32,751 bases of DNA from a virus (IMGVR_UViG_3300048855_000194:1-32751); one strand, 5' to 3'; numbered from the stretch's first letter, positions 23,469 to 32,751 are shown. A program made the numbers and translations. Notes: generated by a model not told the origin, from the sequence alone.

Positions 23469-23836
23469 TCGAGCGTTACGCAGAGGCGATCGAGTTCGAC
23501 CTGCTGGTGGCAGGTCGTTCGCTCGACGATCTCGGGTGGTCCCTGTCGTGGCGTGACCTGCTGGTGCTGATCAAACGGTGGCAGAGAGTCCCCGGCACGG
23601 CGACGAGTGAGGCGATCACCGGGGTCGTGCACTGGGCCACGACGGACCAGCTGCTCGCGTACATCTACGACGCGTTGCAAACCGGCAACTGGCAGCGGGC
23701 GGGGAAGAAGTCCGCGCCGAAGCCGAAGCCGTTCCCCAGGCCGTGGCAGAAGCCGGCCGGTCAGAAGCTCGGGTCGAAGCCGATCCCGATCAGCGAGTTC
23801 GACGACTGGTGGGATTCGCAGGCGAAGGGGGCGTGA
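23441..23836 (+). CDS. -1 frameshift extension of tail assembly chaperone (gpGT-like; joined to 23118)
   Basis: -1 frame open from GGGGGAA; AIEFDLL, LSWRDL, W...DQLLA...D.L...NWQR, PKP.PRP. Confidence 0.85.
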   Translation, partial: GGIFSLCRLIERYAEAIEFDLLVAGRSLDDLGWSLSWRDLLVLIKRWQRVPGTATSEAITGVVHWATTDQLLAYIYDALQTGNWQRAGKKSAPKPKPFPRPWQKPAGQKLGSKPIPISEFDDWWDSQAKGA

Positions 23837-23837
23837 C

Positions 23838-25625
23838 GTGGCAGCAGACGGCGTCGAGCTGGCGACAGCGTGGGTGCGACTGGTCCCGACCGTTGAGGGC
23901 ATCACCGATCAGGTGACGAAGGCTGTCAGCGGCTCCGACATGGAGAAGGCGGGGCGGGCGTCCGGGCGGAAGTGGTCGGCTGGTGCGAAGGTCGCGATGA
24001 CGGTCGGCGCGGCGGCTGTGTCGGCCGGGATCGTGAAGGTGTTCACGACCGGTATGGAGGAGTTGAAGTTCGGGGAGAAGATCAGCGCTCAGACCGACAT
24101 CCTCGTGCAGAACACGGGCTTCGCGATGAAGACCGCCGAGATCGAGGACTACACGCTGGCGCTGTCGCAGCTGTCGGGTGTGTCGGAGGAGGATCTGCAG
24201 GCCGCCGGTAACAGCATCCTGAAGTTCGGTGACGTCTCGGAGGAGAACTACAAGAAGGCCGTCGCGTCGGTGAACGATCTCGCCGCGTCGGGGAAGAACG
24301 CGTCGAGCGTCGCGGAGGGTCTGGGTAAGGCGCTGTCCGACCCGGCTACCGCGGCCGGCAAGCTGCGGCGGATGGGTATCGCGCTCACCGAAGACCAGCA
24401 GAAGATGATCGACACGATGACCGAGGCGGGCGACGTCGCGGGTGCGCAGGGTGTCATCCTCGACGCGCTCGAGGGCACCTACGGGGGGATGGCTGAGGCT
24501 GCGGGCGGGACGCTTGAGGGCAACCTGAACAAGCTCAACAACACGTGGGAGAACCTCGCGGGGTCAGCGGTCGAGTCGCTCATGCCCGCCATCCAGGGAG
24601 TCGTCGGTGGGCTGCAAGGGTTCGTGAACTGGATCTCCGAGAACCAGGCCATCATGCCGATTCTGATCGGTGCGCTCGGGTTCCTCGCCGTCGCGTTCGT
24701 CGGCGTGACGGTCGCGACGTGGGCGATGAACACGGCACTGCTCGCGAACCCGATCACGTGGATCATCCTCGGTATCCTCGCGCTCGTCGCCGCGCTCGTG
24801 GTGCTGGTGATGAACTGGGATCAGGTGGTCGCGTGGGTGACCGACGTCTGGTCCGGTTTCATTTCATGGATCACCGGGGTGATCGGCGGGTTCGTGTCCT
24901 GGTGGAACGGGATGTGGACCGGGTTCGCCGGCTGGATCACCGACATCTGGAATAGGTTCGTCGGGTGGATCCGCGTCCTCTGGGTCGGGTTCATCGTCTG
25001 GCTGATCAGCGCGGGCCTGCGGATCACTTCCTGGTGGAACGGGCTGTGGACCGGCATCGGCCGGTTCGTGTCCGACGTGTGGAACAACTACATCGTCAAC
25101 CCGATCCGGACCGCACTGAACTGGATCAGCAACACCATCTCGACCGTGCTCGGCACAGTCGGCAAGACCTGGAACAACATGTGGCAGGGGATGGTCGACT
25201 TCCTCGGCAACGTGTTCGCCGGGGTCGTCGGCATCGTGAAGGCGCCCATCAACGGGATCATCGGGCTCGTCAACGGGGCCATCAACGCGATCAACGGAAT
25301 CAGCGTCACGATCCCCGACTGGGTGCCGGTCGTCGGCGGTCAGACGTGGGGGCTGAGCCTCCCGAGGATCCCGATGCTCGCGGACGGAGGCACGATCACC
25401 CGGGCTGGTGCGGTCATCGTCGGTGAGCGTGGGCCGGAGATCCTGCGGCTCCCGGCGGGCGCTTCGGTCGACCCCGACATCGCGGGCGCTGATGGCGGAT
25501 CTCCGGCGGGTGTGGTCATCCAGGGTGACGTGTACACGCGCGACGATCGGGAGCTGGTCCGCTACCTGGACCGGCAGGCGCGCAGGTCGTACTACCAGGC
25601 AGGTGCACTGCGGAAGGTGGGGTAA
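23838..25625 (+). CDS. Tape measure protein (595 aa)
   Basis: ELATAWV.LVP start, NTALLANPI.WI, ~11-residue Trp periodicity, IPMLADGG...VGERGPE C-terminus. Confidence 0.92.
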   Translation: MAADGVELATAWVRLVPTVEGITDQVTKAVSGSDMEKAGRASGRKWSAGAKVAMTVGAAAVSAGIVKVFTTGMEELKFGEKISAQTDILVQNTGFAMKTAEIEDYTLALSQLSGVSEEDLQAAGNSILKFGDVSEENYKKAVASVNDLAASGKNASSVAEGLGKALSDPATAAGKLRRMGIALTEDQQKMIDTMTEAGDVAGAQGVILDALEGTYGGMAEAAGGTLEGNLNKLNNTWENLAGSAVESLMPAIQGVVGGLQGFVNWISENQAIMPILIGALGFLAVAFVGVTVATWAMNTALLANPITWIILGILALVAALVVLVMNWDQVVAWVTDVWSGFISWITGVIGGFVSWWNGMWTGFAGWITDIWNRFVGWIRVLWVGFIVWLISAGLRITSWWNGLWTGIGRFVSDVWNNYIVNPIRTALNWISNTISTVLGTVGKTWNNMWQGMVDFLGNVFAGVVGIVKAPINGIIGLVNGAINAINGISVTIPDWVPVVGGQTWGLSLPRIPMLADGGTITRAGAVIVGERGPEILRLPAGASVDPDIAGADGGSPAGVVIQGDVYTRDDRELVRYLDRQARRSYYQAGALRKVG

Positions 25626-25628
25626 CCG

Positions 25629-26543
25629 ATGCCTCTGGTGTTCGCTGCGCCGTTCGCTCCTCCGGTTGTCGCCGGTCCGACGTTCTCCGGTATCCGGTCG
25701 ACGTGGACGGGCTGGGATGGTTCGGAGTGGGATCTGCGTGACTGGCGGCGTGGAGTCACGCTGCTGTTCGACGGGGTGAAGGGGCTGCACAACCCGCGGA
25801 TCGACAAGTTCCGGTCCGAGTCGTCGTCGGTCCCCGGGCATCGGCTGCGGGGGTGGCGCACGGCTGGCCGGGACGTGTTCTGGCCTGTGCAGGTGTACGG
25901 CGACGGCAGCGACCAGTGGTTGGCCGTGTACGACGCGTTCTTCGACTCGATCCACCCGGACCGGGAAGGTGTGTGGACGGTGGAGACGGCGACGTCGAAA
26001 CGGACCCTCCGCCTGACCGGGGTATTCGACGACGAACACTCGTTCGCGCGCGACCCGTACCTGGCGGGGTGGGCGACGTTCCCCATCGATCTTGAGGCGG
26101 CGCAACCGTACTGGGAGGGCGCCCCGGTGATCGCCGGCCCGTTCACGTCGGCTGAGCCGGTCGATTTCATCCCGGAGGGTGGGGCGCCACCGTTCCACAT
26201 TTCGGAGGCGTCGACGTTCGCGTCAGCGTCTATCCGGAACCCGGGGGATGTGGAGGCGTGGTTGCGGGCTGTGATCGACGGTCCGTTGACGGCGGTGACG
26301 CTCGGTGCTGACGGGTGGTCGGTGTCCGTCCCGTTCGACGTCCCTGAGGGGCAGCGGCTGCTGATCGATAGCGACCCGCGGAACGTGACCGCCACCCTCG
26401 ACGGGGTGAACGTGACCGCGGAGCTGGGGCTGGTCGACTTCGCCCCGGTGGAGCCTCGTCAGAGGACGTCCCTCGAGATCGGTGCGGTCGGGGCCGGTTC
26501 GGTGAAGGTCGAGCTGACACCGCTGTACTTCAAAGCGTTCTGA
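25629..26543 (+). CDS. Distal tail (Dit)-like minor tail protein
   Basis: First gene after TMP; W.G.DGS.W.L, PG.R..G, NPGDVEAW...I.GP. Confidence 0.85.
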   Translation: MPLVFAAPFAPPVVAGPTFSGIRSTWTGWDGSEWDLRDWRRGVTLLFDGVKGLHNPRIDKFRSESSSVPGHRLRGWRTAGRDVFWPVQVYGDGSDQWLAVYDAFFDSIHPDREGVWTVETATSKRTLRLTGVFDDEHSFARDPYLAGWATFPIDLEAAQPYWEGAPVIAGPFTSAEPVDFIPEGGAPPFHISEASTFASASIRNPGDVEAWLRAVIDGPLTAVTLGADGWSVSVPFDVPEGQRLLIDSDPRNVTATLDGVNVTAELGLVDFAPVEPRQRTSLEIGAVGAGSVKVELTPLYFKAF

Positions 26544-26556
26544 GAGGCGGTGGCCG

Positions 26557-27687
26557 GTGGACGATCGTGTCGAGTTCGTCGCGTACGACAAGACCGGCGC
26601 CTACCAGCAGAAGGTGATCGCCCGGTCTTCGTCGACGGTGCTGCCTGTGAACGAGGTGCCGACGTCGACGCTGGATCTGAACGATAACGATCCGGCGTTG
26701 GCGGTGCTGCTCGAGAAGGGTGCACGGTGCGCGTACCGGTTCCGTGGTGAGGAGTGGTTCCGCGGCCGTGTGGGGCCCGCTGAGGGCGTGGGGGGGAAGC
26801 CGGATGGTGTGACCTCCCTGACGGTCGAGGGGGACTTCAGGAAGCTGTGGGACTGGCAGGGGTGGCAGAAGCCGACCGCGATCCTCACGACGACGACAAC
26901 GGTTGATCAGGAGTACGCCCGCTATTCGGGGACGACGGAGGCGGTGTGGCGTGCGGCGCTCGTCGCGAACTTCACCCGTCTGGGTGTGCCGTGGACGGTC
27001 GCACCGAACCTCGGGCGGGGGAAGCCGAATCAGCGGGTCGAGTTTCGGATGCACCCGCTCGCGGAGAAGCTGCTGCCGTTGCTGAACGCCGCGGACCTGA
27101 TCGCCGAGCTGTCGTATCACCCGATGACGGGTGCGGTGACGGTGTCGCTGCGTGAGGCGGAGACGGTGCCGGGGAAGCTGACGGAGAAGTCGGGTGTCAT
27201 CGGGCAGTACGAGTGGAACCGGCAGCCGCCGCCCGCGACCCGCGGTGTCGTGGGTGGTGCCGGTGAAGGGCCGGCTCGCGTGTTCCTGCAGTGGATCGAT
27301 GAGGACCGTGAGACGGACTGGGCGGACATCATCGAGACGTTCACGGACGCGCGGATGGCGAAGGATGGTGCGTCGCTGGCTCCGGATGCGGAGCAGGCGC
27401 AGGCGGACACGGCGGCGCGGGTGGGTGTGAAGACCGACCTGATGGAGACGGACCGGTTCCGGTTCGGTGAGACGTTCCTGGTCGGTGACCGGGTGCCGGT
27501 GGAGTTGGGCCGGTTCGGTCAGGTGGATTACACGGAGCGGATTACGCAGGTGCAGATCGACGACACCCCGGAGAACGGTGTGGTCGTCACTCCCCGGCTG
27601 GGGGAGCTCGACAACTCGGCGGATGCGGAGCTCGGCGCGGAGGTCGCGCGGCTGGCTCGTGGTGTCCGGGATCAAGGGAGAAGGTGA
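26557..27687 (+). CDS. Baseplate hub (Tal)-like minor tail protein
   Basis: Second gene after TMP; TR.VVGG.GEG.AR, E.F.DAR, FRFG..F.VGDRV, VTP.LG. Confidence 0.85.
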   Translation: MDDRVEFVAYDKTGAYQQKVIARSSSTVLPVNEVPTSTLDLNDNDPALAVLLEKGARCAYRFRGEEWFRGRVGPAEGVGGKPDGVTSLTVEGDFRKLWDWQGWQKPTAILTTTTTVDQEYARYSGTTEAVWRAALVANFTRLGVPWTVAPNLGRGKPNQRVEFRMHPLAEKLLPLLNAADLIAELSYHPMTGAVTVSLREAETVPGKLTEKSGVIGQYEWNRQPPPATRGVVGGAGEGPARVFLQWIDEDRETDWADIIETFTDARMAKDGASLAPDAEQAQADTAARVGVKTDLMETDRFRFGETFLVGDRVPVELGRFGQVDYTERITQVQIDDTPENGVVVTPRLGELDNSADAELGAEVARLARGVRDQGRR

Positions 27688-27691
27688 CGCC

Positions 27692-28606
27692 GTGGCTATC
27701 ACGTCGAAGGGGTACGCGGGCACGGTCGATGATGTCGACTGGTCGGCGCTCGCCACGCACATGGGTGTGACGTATGCGGTGTTCGAGCCTGACGCGTTCA
27801 CCCTGTCACCCGGTCCTGGTGACCGGCAGGTGGTGATCTCAGCGGGGACGGCGGCGGGTGAGGGTGTGCTGGACACGTCCGACTCGAACGTGACGCTGGG
27901 CGCCGATCTGGTCGTTTCCGGTTCACGGTGGGACATGGTCGTGCTGCACCGTGACTGGTCGGCGAAGGTGACTTCTCTGGCGATCATCCCCGGCTCGGCG
28001 TCGAAGGCCTTGCCTGCGCGGGAGCTTCGCGAGGAGGGCACGGAGGACGATCAGCCGCTGTACCTGGTGCGGTTCTCCGCGGGGCAGACGGCGGTGCAGG
28101 AGGTTGTCGACCTGCGGGTGTGGTTCGGGAACGGCGGGCTGGTCGCGAAGAACTCGATGGTCCGTGACTACATGAACCGTGTCGGGACGCGGCTGCGGGT
28201 CGGCTCGAAGGTGTGGGAGCGTCTGCCTGGTACGGGCGGCCCGGAGTGGCATGACCAGATGGATCTTCAGGGTCCGACCCCGATCGGGTACGGCGGGACC
28301 GGCGCGAACGACGTGATGGCGGCGCTGATCAACCTGGGGGCTGTCTCGTTCGATGTCGGGTCGGTGACGGTCCCCGCGAACGGGTCGGTGACGAGGACGG
28401 TTCCGACCCCGGCGGCGCTCGGGTCGTTGGCGGACTACGCCGTGGTGGTGTCGCTGTCGAACAGTGTGCTGCGCGCGAACTGGGGGCGCACCGGCCGGAA
28501 CGTGACGGTCGAGATCTTCAACGACACGAACCAGCAGCGGACGACCGCTGCGGCGACGGTGACGCTGAACCGCCTGTGGACGGGTGTCACACCTCCGCCG
28601 ATCTGA
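27692..28606 (+). CDS. Minor tail protein
   Basis: GTG 27692; TS.GY.GTV....W, SRWD.VVL.RDW, DDQPL.LV, DLRVW. Confidence 0.82.
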   Translation: MAITSKGYAGTVDDVDWSALATHMGVTYAVFEPDAFTLSPGPGDRQVVISAGTAAGEGVLDTSDSNVTLGADLVVSGSRWDMVVLHRDWSAKVTSLAIIPGSASKALPARELREEGTEDDQPLYLVRFSAGQTAVQEVVDLRVWFGNGGLVAKNSMVRDYMNRVGTRLRVGSKVWERLPGTGGPEWHDQMDLQGPTPIGYGGTGANDVMAALINLGAVSFDVGSVTVPANGSVTRTVPTPAALGSLADYAVVVSLSNSVLRANWGRTGRNVTVEIFNDTNQQRTTAAATVTLNRLWTGVTPPPI

Positions 28607-28629
28607 TCGGCTGACCGTTCTCACTGATT

Positions 28630-28655
28630 GCCCCTGCCGATGGTGGGGGCTTTGT
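28630..28655 (+). terminator. Terminator-like hairpin upstream of endolysin
   Basis: GCCCCTGCC gat GGTGGGGGC followed by TTTGT. Confidence 0.5.
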
Positions 28656-28675
28656 CATGCCCGAGGAGGCACACG

Positions 28676-29551
28676 ATGAACGCTGAAGCGCTGCTGGAAG
28701 CGTACGGGGCCGACCGGCTCGGGCGTGAGTACGGCTACCGCGACCCGGAGGTGTACACGCTCACCGGATATCACCGGGGGCAGGACGTCCGGAAGCAGAA
28801 CCGTGAGATGACCGCGTCGGTCCCCACCGATGTCGTCGCGATCGACGGCGGACGGATCGTCTACCTCGACCGGCCGAACGGGTTCATCGAGCTGACGGCT
28901 GTGATCGACACGGGCCGCCCGTTCGGGGCCGGGAAGTACGAGTCGCACTCCCATCTTGCCGGCGCGATCGTGAAGGTCGGCGACCATGTCGAGTCCGGCG
29001 AGAAACTCGCGCGGAACGCGGATCGCGATGAGCGCCCCGGCACGGCCTGGGGTGGCCCCCACGACCACATCACCATCACGGACTACATCGACGGCGCGTG
29101 GATGAAGCGCCCGGAGTACGACCCGGCCCACTTCATCAAGGCGGCGCGTCTCGCCGCGGCTGACGCGATCGAGGCGGCGAAGCCGGGCGAGGTGTACGTC
29201 GTGACGACGGCGACGTACCTGCGCTCGGAGAAGACGACGGTGAGCGCGTCGAAGCTTATGCGGCTCCCGGTCGGGAAACGGCTGCGTGTCCTGAAGATCG
29301 AGGGCGACTGGGCGACCGTGCGCCGCCTCGACGGGCGCACCGCCTACGTGTGGGCGTCGCGGCTCACGAAGGCGAAACTGACCGCCACTCGCGACACGGT
29401 GCTCCGCCGGATGCCGACGAAGAACTCCCGGGTGGTGCTGAAGCTCGCGAAGGGCAAGCGGGTGAACGTGATCGGTCGGCGCGTCGGGAACCGGGTGAAG
29501 GTCGAGCGGGGCGGTCGCGGCGGGTGGGCCTACCGAAAGCACGTCCGGTGA
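28676..29551 (+). CDS. Endolysin: M23 peptidase + two SH3b-like domains
   Basis: GAGGAGG RBS; HRGQD (HxxxD), HSHL..VKVGD.V..G, GPHDH (HxH); two T.LR......V..L..G..V.V......W/V repeats. Confidence 0.88.
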   Translation: MNAEALLEAYGADRLGREYGYRDPEVYTLTGYHRGQDVRKQNREMTASVPTDVVAIDGGRIVYLDRPNGFIELTAVIDTGRPFGAGKYESHSHLAGAIVKVGDHVESGEKLARNADRDERPGTAWGGPHDHITITDYIDGAWMKRPEYDPAHFIKAARLAAADAIEAAKPGEVYVVTTATYLRSEKTTVSASKLMRLPVGKRLRVLKIEGDWATVRRLDGRTAYVWASRLTKAKLTATRDTVLRRMPTKNSRVVLKLAKGKRVNVIGRRVGNRVKVERGGRGGWAYRKHVR

Positions 29552-30000
29552 TGCGCGCGCTCTTCGAGGCCACTATCTGGTGTCCCGGTGCGATCCCGCG
29601 GTCGGAGGTCAAATATGCCGGGCCGCTCAAGTGGTTCGTGTTCCCTCTCTTCGACGTGCTCATGGCGATCATCGGCGGGCGAACCCTGTATGTCGGGATG
29701 CCTTCGATAGATGCGCAGTTCCCGTCCGGAGTGGCGTGGACGCTGTCGCTTATCTGGCTCGTCGTCGCGGTCATCTGTCTCATCGGAGCAGTGTTCCCCG
29801 AGCTCTGGCCGTTCGAGATCGGCGGCAAGGTCGCCCTGTTCATCATCCTGGCTATCTACCTGATCGCTCTGCGGACCGCTCCCTCCAGCACGGAAGGAGC
29901 GCGAGACGCGGTCTCGCTGCTGACGGTCGCGGCCATGCTCATCCCTCTGCTTCGTCTCTGGATTCTCGGCATCGAGATTCGTGACCGCAAGGAGTCGTGA
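29551..30000 (+). CDS. 4-TM membrane protein of lysis cassette
   Basis: Four hydrophobic helices; TGATG coupling to endolysin. Confidence 0.78.
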   Translation: MRALFEATIWCPGAIPRSEVKYAGPLKWFVFPLFDVLMAIIGGRTLYVGMPSIDAQFPSGVAWTLSLIWLVVAVICLIGAVFPELWPFEIGGKVALFIILAIYLIALRTAPSSTEGARDAVSLLTVAAMLIPLLRLWILGIEIRDRKES

Positions 30001-30371
30001 TGGAGGGCTGGGTCGGAATCCTCCTCGGCGGGCTGATTGGTGGTGGCGGTATCGGAGCCGTGTTGGTGTTCGTCGCCACACGGAAGCGGGATAACCGAAC
30101 CGACATCGCCGACCGCTTCGATGACGCGTCACAACTCGCGCAGTACATCCGCGCGGAGGTTGAGCGTCAGGTCGCGCCGATCAAGACAGAGATTCACGAG
30201 CTCACGAACGCGGTCCGTGCACGCGAGACGCAGTTGTGGCTCTGGGACATGCGTGGACGCGTCGATGACATGCCGATGCTTCCTGCCCCCATCCTTCACC
30301 GCCTCGGGCTCGGGCAGCTTTTCGGGCTGCCGATCGAGGACACCCAACCGATCAACAAGGAGAAGCACTGA
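29997..30371 (+). CDS. Membrane protein (N-terminal TM + coiled region) of lysis cassette
   Basis: AAGGAG RBS; GGLIGGGGIGAVLVF TM then helical segment. Confidence 0.75.
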   Translation: MMEGWVGILLGGLIGGGGIGAVLVFVATRKRDNRTDIADRFDDASQLAQYIRAEVERQVAPIKTEIHELTNAVRARETQLWLWDMRGRVDDMPMLPAPILHRLGLGQLFGLPIEDTQPINKEKH

Positions 30372-30793
30372 TGAACATCTTCACCACCGCTACCGGTCTC
30401 GCCGGTCACGCGAAGTCCCTGATCTACGTGTTCCTCGCGGCCGTCGCGTTCCTCGCGACCGCTGCCAGCGACGACGCACTGACGAATGAGGAGGTGCTGA
30501 ACCTGACGGTCGTCGTGCTCGGCGCTGTGCTCGTCTACTGGGTTCCGAACCTGAAAGCGGGCGTCGGCCGCTGGCTGAAGATGATCATCGCGTTCGCCAT
30601 CGCCGGGATCGTCGCGGGCCTGTCGTTCCTCACTGACGGGGTGACGCCTTCCGAGTGGATGCAGATCATCCTCGCCGCGTTTGCCGGCGTCGGCGTGTAC
30701 ATCACCCCGAACGAACCGGCACCGTCCGCGTCGGCCAGCTATCAGCACATGGTCTTCGCGCCGCTCGACGAGGGCGGTGACGCGCGTGGATGA
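30371..30793 (+). CDS. Holin-like 4-TM protein
   Basis: AAGGAG RBS; internal duplication D.LT..E....GAV.VY.VPN / DGVT..EW....G.GVY.TPN. Confidence 0.78.
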   Translation: MNIFTTATGLAGHAKSLIYVFLAAVAFLATAASDDALTNEEVLNLTVVVLGAVLVYWVPNLKAGVGRWLKMIIAFAIAGIVAGLSFLTDGVTPSEWMQIILAAFAGVGVYITPNEPAPSASASYQHMVFAPLDEGGDARG

Positions 30794-31649
30794 GGACGAC
30801 TACTTCGACGCCCCAATCGCGGTCAACCCGAACGCGACGACGATCGCTGACCTGTTCGTACCGAACGCGGTCTTCGAGGTGTTCGCGGTCGATGACGTGG
30901 CCCGGGCGGAACCGCTCGCGGTGTACGAGGCGACGTCGGGTGCTGCGATCCCGGAGTTGCGGTCTTCGGTGCTGGCGCAGCTGCCGCAGTTCCGCGTCGA
31001 GGGTGACCCGCAGGAAGTGATCCTGAAGTCGGGGACGTTCGAGACGCGGGTGAAGTCGACGCGGGGCATGCAGGGTCTGCCGGGTAAGTCGGCCTACCAG
31101 ACGGCGGTGGAGTTCGGTTACGAGGGCACGGAGGCGGAGTTCGGCGCTGGTATGGCGCAGGCTGCCGCTTCGACCGTCGTCGGCGGGCACATCGACGAAG
31201 AGGGCCGGCTGGTGCTCGACACGAGCGGTGGCGGCGTGATCATCACGCAGCGCGTCGTCGGCACGGACGGCACGGACGGTGAGGACGGTGCTGACGGCAC
31301 GGTCGTCGAGATCCAGGAGGGCGCGGGCGTCACGGTCGATTCGACCGACCCGTCACGTCCGATCATCATCGCCGACCTCGAAGACGTCATGGCCGGGACC
31401 GGCGTGACGATCGACAAGACGAACCCGAAGAAGCCTGTCATCGCCGCGTCAGGCGGTGGTGGGACCGGCAACGGCCACGTGTACGTCGTGCAGTGGAACG
31501 GCACCTCCTGGGTGAGCCCGACCCCGCCGGCTGGTGCTGGCACGAAGATCCGCATCTTCGACCCGATGGGCGCGACCGGTGTGCCCGCCTACACAGGCCC
31601 CACGATCGCTGGGGTCACCGACTACTACGCCGCGACGTTCGCGGGGTGA
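30786..31649 (+). CDS. Tail fibre / minor virion protein with collagen-like and tandem repeats
   Basis: GMQGLPGKSAYQ.AV..GY.GTE.E motif, GTDGTDGEDGADG, two AG.GVT.D.T.P..P.I repeats; GTG 30786. Confidence 0.72.
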   Translation: MDEDDYFDAPIAVNPNATTIADLFVPNAVFEVFAVDDVARAEPLAVYEATSGAAIPELRSSVLAQLPQFRVEGDPQEVILKSGTFETRVKSTRGMQGLPGKSAYQTAVEFGYEGTEAEFGAGMAQAAASTVVGGHIDEEGRLVLDTSGGGVIITQRVVGTDGTDGEDGADGTVVEIQEGAGVTVDSTDPSRPIIIADLEDVMAGTGVTIDKTNPKKPVIAASGGGGTGNGHVYVVQWNGTSWVSPTPPAGAGTKIRIFDPMGATGVPAYTGPTIAGVTDYYAATFAG

Positions 31650-31659
31650 GGGGCTGACC

Positions 31660-32751
31660 ATGACTCTTCGTGATTGGCGGTTTGAGGGCACTCCCGCGTC
31701 GAACGCGACCGCTGCTCTGATCGTGTCGACGCCGTCTGGTCTGCAGGCGGCGTCTTCGTCTGCGGGCACGGGGAACCCGGCGCACCAGTTCTCTGCGGAG
31801 AAGGTGCAGGACGGTGACACCTCGATCAAGATGGTGACGTCTGTCAGCACCGCGGGTCTCGTGCGGCTCCCGTTCTACGGGACGGCGTCGCCGAAGTTCG
31901 CGCTGACCCTGTCGCACTACACCGACACGACGCTCCTCGCGGCGCTGACGATCGCGAACGTTCGCGGGTCGACCGGCACGGCGTCCGGGTTCCGGCTCGC
32001 GATCAACACGAACGGTTCGGTGTTCCTGGCATCGTCGACCGCGACGGTCGCGACGACTGCGGCGGGCGTGTACGTGGTGGGGCAGTGGCACCACTTCGAG
32101 ATCGTCGGTGACCTGTCGACCGGTGCGGTGACGCTCAACGTGTACCGCGGGTCGTCGCGCACATCGGTCGCGACGATCGCTGGCACGTACGTGTTCACCA
32201 CCGAGGGCAACGCGGTCGCGGTCGACATCGGCACCCCGCAGAACGTCCTCTCCGCGCAGACCGGCGGCATGACGCACTGGTTCGACAGTGTCCGGATGGA
32301 CGACGGCCGGGAGTCCCCGATCCCGTTCATCCTCCCTGCGTCGAGCGGGAATGTCTCGGTGCTTCCGGGTGCTGGTTCGGGCGGGTCCGGGTGGACGGTG
32401 TTCGGCGGCGCTGCGGATGAGGGCACCGCGCTGAACGACGGCAACTCGGCGACCGGCATCGAGTCGCCCGACATCACGAGCACAGCGAACGAGCGGAAGT
32501 TCTCGCTCGCCGCGATGGTGCCGCGTTCGTCGCTGACGCTCACCCTGACGGGTGTCGCGTTGACGTCCGGTTCGGCGTCCCCGCAGGTGCGGGTGTACGT
32601 CGGCTCGACGCTGATCGCGACGAAGTCGCTGACGGCCACGACCACTCCGACCACGCGCACGGTGTCGCTCACGACCGACGAGGTCGCCGCGATCACGGCG
32701 ATCTCCGGCGGCTGGGAGAACCTCGTGGTGGGTATCCGAACGGGGGCGTGA
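31660..32751 (+). CDS. Thr/Ser/Gly-rich beta-sandwich (LamG/lectin-like) virion protein, candidate receptor-binding
   Basis: GAGGGG RBS; FRLAINTNG, GQWHHFEI, V.LNVY, WFDSVR pattern; second beta-rich domain. Confidence 0.65.
   Translation: MTLRDWRFEGTPASNATAALIVSTPSGLQAASSSAGTGNPAHQFSAEKVQDGDTSIKMVTSVSTAGLVRLPFYGTASPKFALTLSHYTDTTLLAALTIANVRGSTGTASGFRLAINTNGSVFLASSTATVATTAAGVYVVGQWHHFEIVGDLSTGAVTLNVYRGSSRTSVATIAGTYVFTTEGNAVAVDIGTPQNVLSAQTGGMTHWFDSVRMDDGRESPIPFILPASSGNVSVLPGAGSGGSGWTVFGGAADEGTALNDGNSATGIESPDITSTANERKFSLAAMVPRSSLTLTLTGVALTSGSASPQVRVYVGSTLIATKSLTATTTPTTRTVSLTTDEVAAITAISGGWENLVVGIRTGA

Larger units (their letters stand above)
1..32751 (+). mobile_element. Actinobacterial siphovirus / prophage segment (HK97-fold head, non-contractile tail)
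   Basis: Canonical order recombination-replication-packaging-head-tail-lysis; sequence runs uninterrupted through the probable cos region, as expected for a prophage or circularised genome. Confidence 0.97.

Noticed and set aside
24800-25330. Periodic TGG-rich repeats
   Set aside because: Ordinary Trp periodicity of the tape measure protein, not a DNA repeat element
27692-32751. Diversity-generating retroelement or invertible tail-fibre cassette
   Set aside because: No reverse transcriptase, recombinase, TR/VR pair or inverted crossover sites seen in the window
1-32751. Integrase, repressor, att sites, known defence systems
   Set aside because: None recognisable; the immunity/integration module probably lies outside the window, so temperate status is inferred only

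Overview
The whole window (high GC, nearly all genes on the + strand, many 4-bp overlaps) is a contiguous part of a temperate-type actinobacterial siphovirus or prophage. The host is most likely a Microbacteriaceae member such as Microbacterium; this is inferred from gene content and the absence of LysB. Gene order: recombination genes (RuvC, RecE/ExoVIII-like, RecT-like), ASCH and HNH proteins, a replication initiator with an internal iteron origin, a DnaB-like helicase, about 20 small accessory genes, an HTH regulator, a structured non-coding region, small genes and a packaging HNH, a probable cos region, TerS/TerL, portal-MuF fusion, HK97 protease and capsid, neck and tail genes (with the -1 frameshifted chaperone), tape measure, minor tail proteins, an M23+SH3 endolysin with three membrane proteins, and two further tail-fibre-like genes. 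No integrase or repressor lies in the window. The most unusual signals are non-coding. (1) Two H-type pseudoknots of unrelated sequence but matching geometry sit 7 nt after the stop codons of the major capsid and major tail genes. (2) A ~140-nt three-way-junction RNA opens the late region. (3) Two terminator hairpins inside the late operon share a downstream motif. (4) Homologous 3' tails are shared by unrelated accessory genes. All product calls come from motif recognition and synteny; no database search was run.
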